Assembly (NCBI RefSeq): GCF_000007185.1
Contig: NC_003551.1
Span: forward strand, 90,001 to 122,000
Source of the DNA: Methanopyrus kandleri AV19
GTDB taxonomy: Archaea; JAADCQ01; Methanopyri; Methanopyrales; Methanopyraceae
Reading direction: 5' to 3'
DNA: 32,000 bases
Shown here: positions 17,561-25,952 of the stretch, piece after piece
Layout: each line of letters opens with the position of its first letter
How positions within the stretch are numbered: the stretch's first letter is position 1
Program-made: the position numbers and the translations under genes
Notes under the pieces: generated by a model
Databases searched by the model: none
Told to the model about the DNA's origin: nothing
What the model saw: the letters and a program-made list of their open reading frames with translations, nothing else

Positions 17561-18058
17561 TTGAGGAGGCTGAAGATCGAGGGGCGAGCTTACATCCATC
17601 CCACCGCCACGGTCCTCGGCGAAGTCGAGTTGGGCCAGGACGCCAGTCTGTGGCCGGGCGCCGTAGTGCGCGGTGACTTGGAGCCCGTGAGGATCGGCCG
17701 TGAATCCAATATCCAGGACAACGCGGTGGTCCACGTCTCTAAAGGGTATCCGGTCGAGATCGGCGACAGGGTCAGCGTGGGTCACGGAGCGGTCGTCCAC
17801 GGTGCGACGATCGAGGAGGATTGCCTCATCGGGATGAACGCCACGGTGATGAACGGAGCCGTAATCCGGCGAGGGTCGATCATCGGGGCCGGAGCTGTCG
17901 TGACGGAAGGTACCGAGGTGGGTCCCTACGAGATCTGGGTGGGGGTCCCCGCCAAGCGGATCGGAACGACCGACGAGGAACGCGTCGACGAGATCCGCGA
18001 GAACGCCAGACGCTACCTGAAACTAGCCCGTGAGGAGCTTCCCGAGTGGCGGGGATAA
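17561..18058 (+). CDS. Gamma-carbonic-anhydrase-like left-handed beta-helix (hexapeptide repeat) protein
   Basis: YIHPTATVLGEVELGQDASLWPGAVVRGD, NIQDNAVVH, VGHGAVVHGATI, CLIGMNATVMNGAVI; TTG start inferred from domain boundary. Confidence 0.85.
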   Translation: MRRLKIEGRAYIHPTATVLGEVELGQDASLWPGAVVRGDLEPVRIGRESNIQDNAVVHVSKGYPVEIGDRVSVGHGAVVHGATIEEDCLIGMNATVMNGAVIRRGSIIGAGAVVTEGTEVGPYEIWVGVPAKRIGTTDEERVDEIRENARRYLKLAREELPEWRG

Positions 18059-18065
18059 CTACCGC

Positions 18066-19073
18066 CTAGCGCCTGATCGCGAGGAACGCGGCACCGACCG
18101 CCGGCGCGACCTCGGAACCTTTCCCGAAGATCTCGTCGAACGGTTCCACCTCGACGCCGATCCTCTTGCAGGCCATCTCGATCAGGAAATCGCCCGCGCC
18201 GGCTGCCACCACTGTGTCCAGCCCGTGCTCTTGAAGCTTGAGCTCGATGTGCTTCAGTAGCTGTCCGAGCAGCGCCCGAACCGCGGTCTTCGCTAGATCC
18301 ATCACACCCTCCCAACCGAGTTCCTCCGGATCCGAGCACACCGTTCGGGCGAGCCTGCGGGCGCACTCCTCTGGGGATTTTCCGCGACCGTCCGGTGTCT
18401 CCGGAGTGTAATCCTCCGGGTCGATTTCACCGAGCAATAGCAACGCGTCCGCCACGATTGAGAAGTATTCGTACGAGACCGGTACCGGCTCACCGTCGAT
18501 CTCAACTTCTCGGAGCAGAAAAGATATTGGCGTTCTCAGCGCCCCCAAGTACGCCAATTCTCCGTTCTTCATCCTTTCCAAATCGGTACGTCCCTCGGCC
18601 GCGACCTCACCGCGGATGATGGGAATCAGATCCAGCGTGGTAGACCCCAGATCCACCAGGAGGTAGGAACCCGGTCGGACGTGAGCTAAGACCTCGGCCG
18701 TCGCCCTCCAGTTGGCCGACGCGACCTCACGCCAACGTCTGAGGGCCTCTTCCGGGGGCACCGTCGAACCATCGGAGGTCACCACGTAGACCGGGGCGTG
18801 ACACGCCGAGGTGACGGTGCGGACGATGTACTCGACTCCTTCCCGTCTCGTGTTGAAGGCATCAGCTAACTCGCCCGTCATGGTTAAACCGACGACATCC
18901 GGCTTGAACTTGTGAACAATCCTCTTGATAGTTTTCTTTAGCCGTTTTTTCTTCTTCCACATCGGAAGATATACCCTATCAGTCCCTAATACCATCACCT
19001 TACCATCCTCATCATAACGAACTAGAGCAGCGTCGGTGTGTGCTCCGCCCACATCCAACCCCAATGCTTTCAC
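18066..19073 (-). CDS. mfnF: Methanofuran biosynthesis kinase-like/ASKHA protein MfnF
   Basis: KALGLDVGGAHTDAALVRYD, LLVDLGSTTLDLIPI, VVAAGAGDFL; COG1548-like; probable GTG start at 19073 just after the mfnD stop. Confidence 0.8.
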   Translation of the reverse strand: MKALGLDVGGAHTDAALVRYDEDGKVMVLGTDRVYLPMWKKKKRLKKTIKRIVHKFKPDVVGLTMTGELADAFNTRREGVEYIVRTVTSACHAPVYVVTSDGSTVPPEEALRRWREVASANWRATAEVLAHVRPGSYLLVDLGSTTLDLIPIIRGEVAAEGRTDLERMKNGELAYLGALRTPISFLLREVEIDGEPVPVSYEYFSIVADALLLLGEIDPEDYTPETPDGRGKSPEECARRLARTVCSDPEELGWEGVMDLAKTAVRALLGQLLKHIELKLQEHGLDTVVAAGAGDFLIEMACKRIGVEVEPFDEIFGKGSEVAPAVGAAFLAIRR

Positions 19074-19077
19074 GACG

Positions 19078-20001
19078 TTACCCCCGATACACTCGCAACC
19101 CATGGAAGTCCTCAACGACCTCGAACTTCTCGGGCACCAATGCCTCAGCCCCACGCTTCACGTATACGTACTCACGACGGTACCGCAGCACCTTCCCGGT
19201 CGGTCCCTCGAGAAGCGATCGAACTACCGCCTCGGGATGTTCCAAGGCCGCAGCGACTGTGGGTGTGGTCGGACGTGGGTTCACTTCGATCAGGTACGGC
19301 TCCCCACCTTTCATCACGAGGTCCACACCGAACAGGCCTACGAGTCCGGGGATGCGTTCGACCACTTCCTCCGCAATATCCCTCGCGATACGGGTTAACT
19401 CTCGGTGGTCCGAAGGTGTCCTCCCGCCCAGGTATACCAGCTCCCTACCGGCGAAAGCCACGAACTGGTCGTTGATCCCTAATACGTCGACGGTCTCTCC
19501 GTCCGATACGCACAACAAGCTGTGATGGGAGCCCGGAATTAGTTCCCGGGAGAGTTCACCTCGCCCTATTCGCACACCCTCCGAACCCGCGCCGTCCGCG
19601 GGCTTAGATACCATCACATCGGCCTCCCGTGTCGGAAGTTGAAAGGATCGGGCGTCTCTGAGAGCATCCTCCGTCTTGCGCTTGTCGGCTGCCACTCTGA
19701 TGGCCCTAGGGGTAGGCCCTATCACCTCGGTCTCACGAGAGTACTCCCGGACCTTACTCTCCAGCAGGCCGTCGGATTCGGGGGCTATCACCAGCGTCAG
19801 ATCGGCACACTCTAACGCCTGTGTCTCGTCTCGGAGGACCTCATCCGCCCAGCGCACACCGACGGAGGGGTGGGCGACGGTCAGTGTTTCATAACCTGAT
19901 TTCGCGAACGCCCTTAGAAGCGACTCGAGCATGGCCCGACCTTCGGCTAGGAACTCCTCATCCCCTGTCGCCACCGCGTACTCGTATATGTACACTCGCA
20001 T
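19078..20001 (-). CDS. mfnD: Tyramine--L-glutamate ligase MfnD (ATP-grasp)
   Basis: MRVYIYEYAVATGD N-terminus, DVMVSKPADGAGSEGV, PYLIEVNPRPTTPTV ATP-grasp metal-binding motif; adjacent to mfnF. Confidence 0.8.
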   Translation of the reverse strand: MRVYIYEYAVATGDEEFLAEGRAMLESLLRAFAKSGYETLTVAHPSVGVRWADEVLRDETQALECADLTLVIAPESDGLLESKVREYSRETEVIGPTPRAIRVAADKRKTEDALRDARSFQLPTREADVMVSKPADGAGSEGVRIGRGELSRELIPGSHHSLLCVSDGETVDVLGINDQFVAFAGRELVYLGGRTPSDHRELTRIARDIAEEVVERIPGLVGLFGVDLVMKGGEPYLIEVNPRPTTPTVAAALEHPEAVVRSLLEGPTGKVLRYRREYVYVKRGAEALVPEKFEVVEDFHGLRVYRG

Positions 20002-20026
20002 TGCAGCACCACCCGGGGACCTCCGA

Positions 20027-21160
20027 ATGACGGATATAGTGTACGATGTGGAAGGGTTCCGAGCTTTTCTCCCGAAAGAAACACTTCGATGGATCCGACA
20101 CAGGGAGCTCGAGCGTAAGGTAGGTGTAGTGGAGAAATTTTCGGACCGGGTCGGACCTATCCCGGTGGAGATTCGCCGCAGAAGGTCCCAATATGGCGAG
20201 TTCTATCACGCCGGAAAGGGGACTACTCGGATCCAAGCCCGCGTCTCCGCCGCGATGGAGTGCGTGGAACGCGCCGCCGCGGAGCCCCGCGAGGAGATCA
20301 TCGAGCGGGGTCCGGAAGGTGACAAGTGGACACCGGCATGGTATCGGACGGAACCTAGGGAGTGGGTCGAGGGCGTGGATTTGACGACCCGCGAACCCGT
20401 CTACGTACCGGCGAACGAGGTGTTCCATCCCTGGTTAGGTGACGCTCTGCCCAGTCATACCAACGGACTTTCGGCCGGCCGTCTCCGGGAAGAGGCCGTG
20501 ATTCAAGGACTGCTAGAGGTCGTAGAGAGGGACTCATGGAGCATCGTCGAATACTTCAGGATCCACCCACCCGAATTGGAAGTACACGGTGAGTTGGAGG
20601 AACTCCGCCGATCGTTAGAGCGGGAGGTCGGTCGAGTAGAGCTCAGGCTGCTGCCCTCCCGAGTCGAAGGCGTTTACGTGGTAGGAGCCGTCACCGAGGC
20701 CGAGCGCGTCGAGGAGATGGTGATGGGATTCGGCGCGAGTCCCGACCCGGAGATGGCCGTCCTCCGAGCCTTGCTGGAGGTCGCCCAAGGGCTCTCGATG
20801 GCCCGTCGTGGCATCGAAAGCCCCGTGAGAAAGGGGCTCGGTGAGTTTTCGGCCCCGGGGAAGCTGACCCCGGAACGTCTCAAGAGATTGAACCGACACT
20901 GGTTCGAGCCCGAAGGGACCGTAGAGATAGATGACTTGGACCGTGTCATTACGACCGGTTCGTTGGAGAAGTTGACAGAAGAACTCGTGGAGAGAGTCGC
21001 GGAGGCTGGCCTCGGTAAGGTGATCGAGGTGGACTTAACGCTGGAAAACTTGGACGTTCCCGTGGTGAGGGTGCGAGTGACCGGCGCCTCGGAGTACGTG
21101 ATAGACGAAGCGAGGGTGGGAAATATGCCGGAGAAGCCGCCCGGAGTGCCTATGGGATGA
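20027..21160 (+). CDS. ycaO: YcaO-domain protein (probable thioamidation enzyme, e.g. for McrA thioglycine)
   Basis: ETLRWIRHRELERKVGVVEKFSDRVGPIPV...HAGKGTTRIQARVSAAMECVERAAAE and VIQGLLEVVERDS, typical of YcaO; ATG at 20027. Confidence 0.85.
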   Translation: MTDIVYDVEGFRAFLPKETLRWIRHRELERKVGVVEKFSDRVGPIPVEIRRRRSQYGEFYHAGKGTTRIQARVSAAMECVERAAAEPREEIIERGPEGDKWTPAWYRTEPREWVEGVDLTTREPVYVPANEVFHPWLGDALPSHTNGLSAGRLREEAVIQGLLEVVERDSWSIVEYFRIHPPELEVHGELEELRRSLEREVGRVELRLLPSRVEGVYVVGAVTEAERVEEMVMGFGASPDPEMAVLRALLEVAQGLSMARRGIESPVRKGLGEFSAPGKLTPERLKRLNRHWFEPEGTVEIDDLDRVITTGSLEKLTEELVERVAEAGLGKVIEVDLTLENLDVPVVRVRVTGASEYVIDEARVGNMPEKPPGVPMG

Positions 21161-21222
21161 GGAAAAGAGGCCCGCGGAGCCCCGCGATGACGAGTGTCAC
21201 CCTCGCCGACCTCGAAACGAGC

Positions 21223-22113
21223 TCAGAACAGGTCGTGTAAGTGGATCTCGTACTGCCCGAGCTTACCACCGAAGTTACCCGCACTGATCTTCACCACGCC
21301 GGGCTGCTGGCACGCGGCCTCGATGCCGACTCTCATCGCTTCCTTGACGGCCTCCTCATTGAGGCCGTTGATCACGATCTCGTAGACGCACTTCACGCCC
21401 TCGGGCAGCTCGTTGTCCTCCACCGTGGGACAGTACGCGTCGTTGGTCGACGCGGGCAGGAAGTCGTACTGCTTGGAGCCGACCTTCGACGCGGACGCGA
21501 CGATTCCGCCGGGGAACGGCGCGTAGGCCCCTTCGACCCCCTTGATGGCGTCGACCGCCGCCTCCGCCGCCTGAAGACCCGCCGGCTGACTCTCCGCCAT
21601 GATGTAGAAGTTACCGCCGGCCACACCGGTGGTGATTCCGAACGAGTCCTCTACGATGAACTCTCCCTCCACGACTGGTATCTTCCACACTTTACGGCCG
21701 TCCAGCTCGTCCTCCTCCTGGTACCCATCTCCGAAGAAGCTCAGCTTGTACCCGACCCGGTCTTCGTCCTCCTTCTCCGCTTCTGGCATCGCGTCGAACG
21801 CGGACGCAGTGGGCGCCGTCATTACGCACTGTCCGATGCGGTCTAAGAGCTGTTCCTTGAGCTCATCCTCGTCGTTGTGGCCGATCATTATGGTGACGCC
21901 GGGTCTCCCGTCGGGGGTTTCCTCCGGCGGGACGTAGCCGCAGTCGATACCGGCCTCAGCCGGGCACATGATTACCGAAGTACCGAATCCTGTAGCCTCC
22001 TTAACGGCGATCATCGCCCACTTATGTGAAGCGGCGGTGATCAAGACTCGTGCCATCTTCGCCTCGAAAGCCTCGGCAAAGGTGTCCTCGATCTCCACGC
22101 CGTTGATTTCCAC
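21223..22113 (-). CDS. ftr: Formylmethanofuran:tetrahydromethanopterin formyltransferase
   Basis: EINGVEIEDTFAEAFEAKMARVLITAASHKWAMIAVKEATGFGTSVIMCPAEAGIDCG; highly acidic; matches my recollection of the M. kandleri enzyme; GTG start at 22113. Confidence 0.97.
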   Translation of the reverse strand: MEINGVEIEDTFAEAFEAKMARVLITAASHKWAMIAVKEATGFGTSVIMCPAEAGIDCGYVPPEETPDGRPGVTIMIGHNDEDELKEQLLDRIGQCVMTAPTASAFDAMPEAEKEDEDRVGYKLSFFGDGYQEEDELDGRKVWKIPVVEGEFIVEDSFGITTGVAGGNFYIMAESQPAGLQAAEAAVDAIKGVEGAYAPFPGGIVASASKVGSKQYDFLPASTNDAYCPTVEDNELPEGVKCVYEIVINGLNEEAVKEAMRVGIEAACQQPGVVKISAGNFGGKLGQYEIHLHDLF

Positions 22114-22146
22114 CCGGAACACCCCGCAGGAGCCACCCGACCTGGC

Positions 22147-22160
22147 CCTTAAATTCGCAA
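22147..22160 (-). promoter_or_regulatory. Candidate TATA box for ftr
   Basis: Minus strand ttgcgaatttaagg lies about 35-45 nt upstream of the ftr GTG in the only sizeable gap of this gene run. Confidence 0.4.
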
Positions 22161-22164
22161 CGAT

Positions 22165-23037
22165 TCATCGGAGGTGTTCCAGGACGGCTTCCCTCATGAC
22201 CTCCACCGGTGCCTCTTCCCCCGTCCACAGCTCGAACGCCAGTGCCCCCTGGTACACTAACATGCCAACACCGCTCACCGGGGTGGCTCCCGCCTTCTCG
22301 GCCTCCTCGAGCAGCCGCGTCCTCGGTGGGTTGTACACGAGGTCGTTCACGATCAAGTCCTCGTGCATTTGGTCAGCGGTAACGAGGGGTGGTTCGTCCT
22401 CGTTCGGGTACATACCGACCGGCGTGGCGTCAACCAGCAGGTCGGCGTCCCGAAGCTCCCTCTCGATTTCGTCCCCGTCCAGCCCTATGGCGCGTGCCTT
22501 TACCCCCACTTTCTCCTTCAGCTCCTCCGCGAGCCTCTCTGCCCGGTCTACCGTACGGTTGGCGATGACGATCTCGTCGGCCCCTTCCGTGGCGAGCTTG
22601 AAGGAGACGGCGCGGGCCGCGCCTCCTGCACCGAGGATCACGGACTTGGTACCTCGAGGATCGAAGTAGGTCTCTTCCCGCAGCGCCCGCAGGAACCCCT
22701 CGCCGTCGGTGTTGAATCCCTCGATTTTACCCCGTGAGAACCTGACGGTGTTCACGGCCCCGATCAGTTCGGCGTCGCGATCTAGCTCATCGCACAGCTC
22801 CATGACCGCTTCTTTGTGAGGTATCGTCACGTTAAGGCCGACGATCCCCAGATCGGCGGCACCTCGGACGGCGCCCTCGAGCCTCTCCGGTGGCACGTCG
22901 AAGGCCAGGTACACGTAGTTCAGTCCGAGCTCCTTGAACGCGGCGTTGTGCATGGCCGGAGACAGGGAGTGCTCGACGGGATGTCCGATGAGTCCCACGA
23001 CGTTGGTTTCAGCGTCGACCGATACGGACACGCTCAC
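22165..23037 (-). CDS. aroE: Shikimate dehydrogenase
   Basis: GLIGHPVEHSLSPAMHNAAF, GLNVTIPHKEAV, VILGAGGAARAV, LLVDATPVGMYP; GTG start. Confidence 0.93.
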   Translation of the reverse strand: MSVSVSVDAETNVVGLIGHPVEHSLSPAMHNAAFKELGLNYVYLAFDVPPERLEGAVRGAADLGIVGLNVTIPHKEAVMELCDELDRDAELIGAVNTVRFSRGKIEGFNTDGEGFLRALREETYFDPRGTKSVILGAGGAARAVSFKLATEGADEIVIANRTVDRAERLAEELKEKVGVKARAIGLDGDEIERELRDADLLVDATPVGMYPNEDEPPLVTADQMHEDLIVNDLVYNPPRTRLLEEAEKAGATPVSGVGMLVYQGALAFELWTGEEAPVEVMREAVLEHLR

Positions 23038-23830
23038 GGCCGATCACCCGCGCCTTGCGTAGGTTGAACAGCTTCGCCCGGAGGGTTCCCCCGGAGGCTT
23101 TCAGTATGCAGACGTTGCCGACGTTGAGCGGATCACGACACGTGGCGCAGATCGCGGGACATGAGGTGGTACCTACGTTCACTACCAACTTCCCCTCCAG
23201 ACTCCCGAGATACCGACAGTGCGTGTGGCCTGTGATCACGACGTCGGCATGTGTCGAGCGGGCTATTTCCTCCAGTCGGTCGGGCATCTCGTACTCCCGA
23301 CACGTGTAGTTGTCTAGGATCTGATCGCGTTTTGGCATCGGAGATTCCCGGGCCACGGGATTGACCGGCTTCTGCGGGTTCAGGCCCAGTTCCGAGCAAG
23401 GTTCGTGACCGTGCAAGACGAGCATCCAAGCGTCCCCGAAGCGGAGTAAGTGAGGCCCGCCCAGTGACGGCCCCGAGTGTCCCGGCGGGCACCCGCGTCC
23501 GCGACGGTTATCGTAGCGGCGCGATAGTACGTGCACCCCGGCGTCACGCAGCGATTTCACAAGATCTACGGTGTCGTGGTTCCCGGGAACGAAGTAAGTC
23601 GGAACTTCGGAGGATAGCTCCCGTAGGTCCCGCAAAAGCTCCCTCAACTCGGGATCTGAGGCCCTAGGATCTGCGAGGTCGCCATCGATGAGAAACGCGT
23701 CGAAATCCCGCGCCAGATCGAGTGCCGCTTCCCAGGTTTCCCGATCGTGTCCCTGGTACTCGTCACCGACGTGTATATCGGAGGATATCAGCAGTCGATC
23801 ACCGGGTAAGCGCGTCACATCGAGCATCAT
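23009..23830 (-). CDS. Calcineurin-like metallophosphoesterase
   Basis: LLISSDIHVGDEYQG, AFLIDGDLAD, YFVPGNHDTVD, VVITGHTHCRY. Confidence 0.88.
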   Translation of the reverse strand: MMLDVTRLPGDRLLISSDIHVGDEYQGHDRETWEAALDLARDFDAFLIDGDLADPRASDPELRELLRDLRELSSEVPTYFVPGNHDTVDLVKSLRDAGVHVLSRRYDNRRGRGCPPGHSGPSLGGPHLLRFGDAWMLVLHGHEPCSELGLNPQKPVNPVARESPMPKRDQILDNYTCREYEMPDRLEEIARSTHADVVITGHTHCRYLGSLEGKLVVNVGTTSCPAICATCRDPLNVGNVCILKASGGTLRAKLFNLRKARVIGRERVRIGRR

Positions 23831-23840
23831 TTGGACCACG

Positions 23841-24350
23841 CTAACCCTCCCGACCGAGGACCTCGGGGTTGAACCTCTCACGAATCAGCAGCATCGGCGT
23901 CCTTCGATGGTAGACCAAATACTCGCGCCAGGGTATCTTCGGTACACTCACATCCAATATCTCCTCGTCTTCAGGCGACGGTCGCGCCTCCTCAACGCGG
24001 AGTATCTCACGCCGCGTCTCCAGCCTCAACTCTTCGATCATCTTTCCGAGCGGTTTTCTCGATTGAAGCACCAGTCTACGCAAGCGCCCTGGAAGGTTGT
24101 CGGGACGGGCGAGTGAAGTGGCTAGGATGGCGGGTCGACCGTCGACCTTGATGACGACTCGTCGGACGTATACGGTGTCTCCGTCGGGGACACCGAGGAG
24201 TCTCGCCTCTCGACCCTCAACTTTCAGCTTCCGGGTTTCGAGGGGATCGATCGTTACTTCCTCGAAGAACCGCTCGAGGATTCTCGTCACCGACCCGTCC
24301 GTGTAGAGAAGCACCTCCAGCAGCGGGACCTCCATCCGATGAACCTCCAT
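23841..24350 (-). CDS. Chorismate pyruvate-lyase-like protein (DUF98/UbiC-like), candidate 4-hydroxybenzoate synthase for methanopterin
   Basis: LLYTDGSVTRILERFF, QSRKPLGKMIEELRLETRREIL, MLLIRERFNPEVL architecture; start at 24350 or 24335. Confidence 0.65.
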   Translation of the reverse strand: MEVHRMEVPLLEVLLYTDGSVTRILERFFEEVTIDPLETRKLKVEGREARLLGVPDGDTVYVRRVVIKVDGRPAILATSLARPDNLPGRLRRLVLQSRKPLGKMIEELRLETRREILRVEEARPSPEDEEILDVSVPKIPWREYLVYHRRTPMLLIRERFNPEVLGREG

Positions 24351-24351
24351 C

Positions 24352-25302
24352 TCACATTTCGCCGTACTCCTGCAGTAGCTGGAGTTCCTCCCAGCTGACC
24401 TTCTCCCCACGCTCGAGCCGCTCCTTGATCTCCTTCAGTCGCTCTTCGTCCACCGCCTGTTTCTCCAGGTCCTTGATTCGAACCTCGAGCGCGCGCTCTT
24501 CCGCGCGTTTCTCCATGATTTTCTGCTCTAAATCACGGAGCTCCGACTGAAGTTCACGGAGCTCGTCTTCCAACGGTTTCACTTTGGCCAACTCCTCGAC
24601 GTACTTGCGGTGGTAACCATCCGCCTTCTCCCGCAGCTTATCGGCGCGCTCGTAACATTCGATCATCTTCTGATGGTACTTGTCGGCCTCTTCGGCAGTC
24701 TTCACGACCTTTTCGTGGTATTCGGAGGCCTTTTCGCGGAGCTCGTCCGCCTGGGAGAACAACTCGTCGGCCTTCTTGGAGTGCTCGTTAGCCTTCTCCC
24801 ACGCCCTCAGCTGCTCGCGGAGCTCTTCGAGACGCTGGGCGATCTGCTCCTCTCTTCTCGGACTGAGCGGGTTGGTCTCGATCTCCCTTTCGAGCCTACG
24901 TATCTCGGCTCGGATCTCCCGGATCGGACGTCCCACTTTGGAGCGCAGTTTCTTGGCGGTCTCGACGTGCTCCCGGGCCTTCTGAGCCAACTCCCTGGCA
25001 CGCTCGTTCAACTCGTCACGCTTAGCCTTATACTGCTGGACCTCCTCGTTCAGCTCGTCCCTACGTCGACGATGCTCGTCGGCGCGCTCTCTGAGCTCTC
25101 GGACGCGTTCGTTCAACTCGTCACGCTTAGCCCGGTACTTCTCCGCTCGCTCCCGGATCTCGTGGATTTGACTCCGAAGCTGGTCTATTTTACGCTGGAT
25201 TTCCTGCCGCTTTTCTTCAAGGTCATCGAGTTCCTCACGGGTCTTAACTAGCTGATTTTCGAGCTCCTTGATTTTCTGCAGCTTGTCCTCGGAGAGCATC
25301 AT
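24352..25302 (-). CDS. Long coiled-coil protein (COG1340-like)
   Basis: Nearly continuous heptad-rich sequence with repeated KRDELNE blocks; ATGA-type overlap with serB. Confidence 0.8.
   Translation of the reverse strand: MMLSEDKLQKIKELENQLVKTREELDDLEEKRQEIQRKIDQLRSQIHEIRERAEKYRAKRDELNERVRELRERADEHRRRRDELNEEVQQYKAKRDELNERARELAQKAREHVETAKKLRSKVGRPIREIRAEIRRLEREIETNPLSPRREEQIAQRLEELREQLRAWEKANEHSKKADELFSQADELREKASEYHEKVVKTAEEADKYHQKMIECYERADKLREKADGYHRKYVEELAKVKPLEDELRELQSELRDLEQKIMEKRAEERALEVRIKDLEKQAVDEERLKEIKERLERGEKVSWEELQLLQEYGEM
25005..25132 (-). repeat. Internal coding direct repeat cgttcaactcgtcacgcttagcc (25005-25027 and 25110-25132), with a diverged middle copy near 25047
   Basis: Exact 23-nt copies offset by 105 nt = 35 codons = 5 heptads; encode the repeated RAKRDELNE segment. 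Confidence 0.85.
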
Positions 25303-25952
25303 TCGACGGGAACACCCCAGAAGCGCAGTACGACGGGAACGGCACGACGAAAGTCGTCGAACGCCATCTCGATGATCTCGTACAGCGGCTTTTTAGGGCG
25401 GAACCCTAAAGGCAGACCGACACGCTTTAACATTGATGCGTCGTTCGCGCCGTCTCCGACCGCCACGGTGTCCTCAGGACGGGTGCCGAACCGGCGGCAT
25501 AGCTCCATCAGAACCCTTCCCTTCGCGGAAGAGCTCATGACGGGGCCGTAAACTCTGCCCGTGAGGAAACCGTTCCGTACCTCGAGTTCGTTGGCCACGT
25601 ACGCGTCCAACCCTAGTTCTCTACAGAAATGGGAGACCACTTCGGTGAACCCTCCGCTGATCACCGCTACGGCGGCTCCCACGGATCGTACGGCCGCTAC
25701 GAATTCCCGGACGCCGGGGTTCAGGCGCAGCTCGGTCACGACCTCGTCGAGAACGGAGGCGGGTGTACCGGCCAGTAACCGGACCCGTTCCCGGAGGGCC
25801 TCTCCGAACTCGAGCTCACCGCGCATCGCCCGTCTCGTGATCTCTTCGACTTCATCGTCGACTCCGGCCGCCTCCGCGATTAGATCGATGGTCTCCCCAT
25901 CGACCAGCGTTCCATCGAAGTCTAACACTACCAGTCGGCGAGCCTGGGCCAT
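25299..25952 (-). CDS. serB: Phosphoserine phosphatase
   Basis: LVVLDFDGTLVDGETIDLIAEAAG, AVAVISGGFTEVV, DTVAVGDGANDASML HAD motifs. Confidence 0.93.
   Translation of the reverse strand: MAQARRLVVLDFDGTLVDGETIDLIAEAAGVDDEVEEITRRAMRGELEFGEALRERVRLLAGTPASVLDEVVTELRLNPGVREFVAAVRSVGAAVAVISGGFTEVVSHFCRELGLDAYVANELEVRNGFLTGRVYGPVMSSSAKGRVLMELCRRFGTRPEDTVAVGDGANDASMLKRVGLPLGFRPKKPLYEIIEMAFDDFRRAVPVVLRFWGVPVE

Noticed and set aside
21241-22669. Plus-strand ORFs 21241-21846 and 21968-22669
   Set aside because: Opposite ftr and aroE; no motifs.
25005-25132. Direct repeats considered as part of a CRISPR or mobile-element end
   Set aside because: Repeats are in-frame heptad-coding units of a coiled coil, with a diverged intermediate copy and no spacer-like regularity.
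24610-25251. 213-aa hydrophobic-looking plus-strand ORF (LLGVLVSLLPRPQLLAELFETLGDLLL), resembling a membrane protein
   Set aside because: Artefact of reading the reverse complement of a Glu/Lys/Arg-rich coiled coil, which always generates Leu/Phe/Ser-rich peptide.
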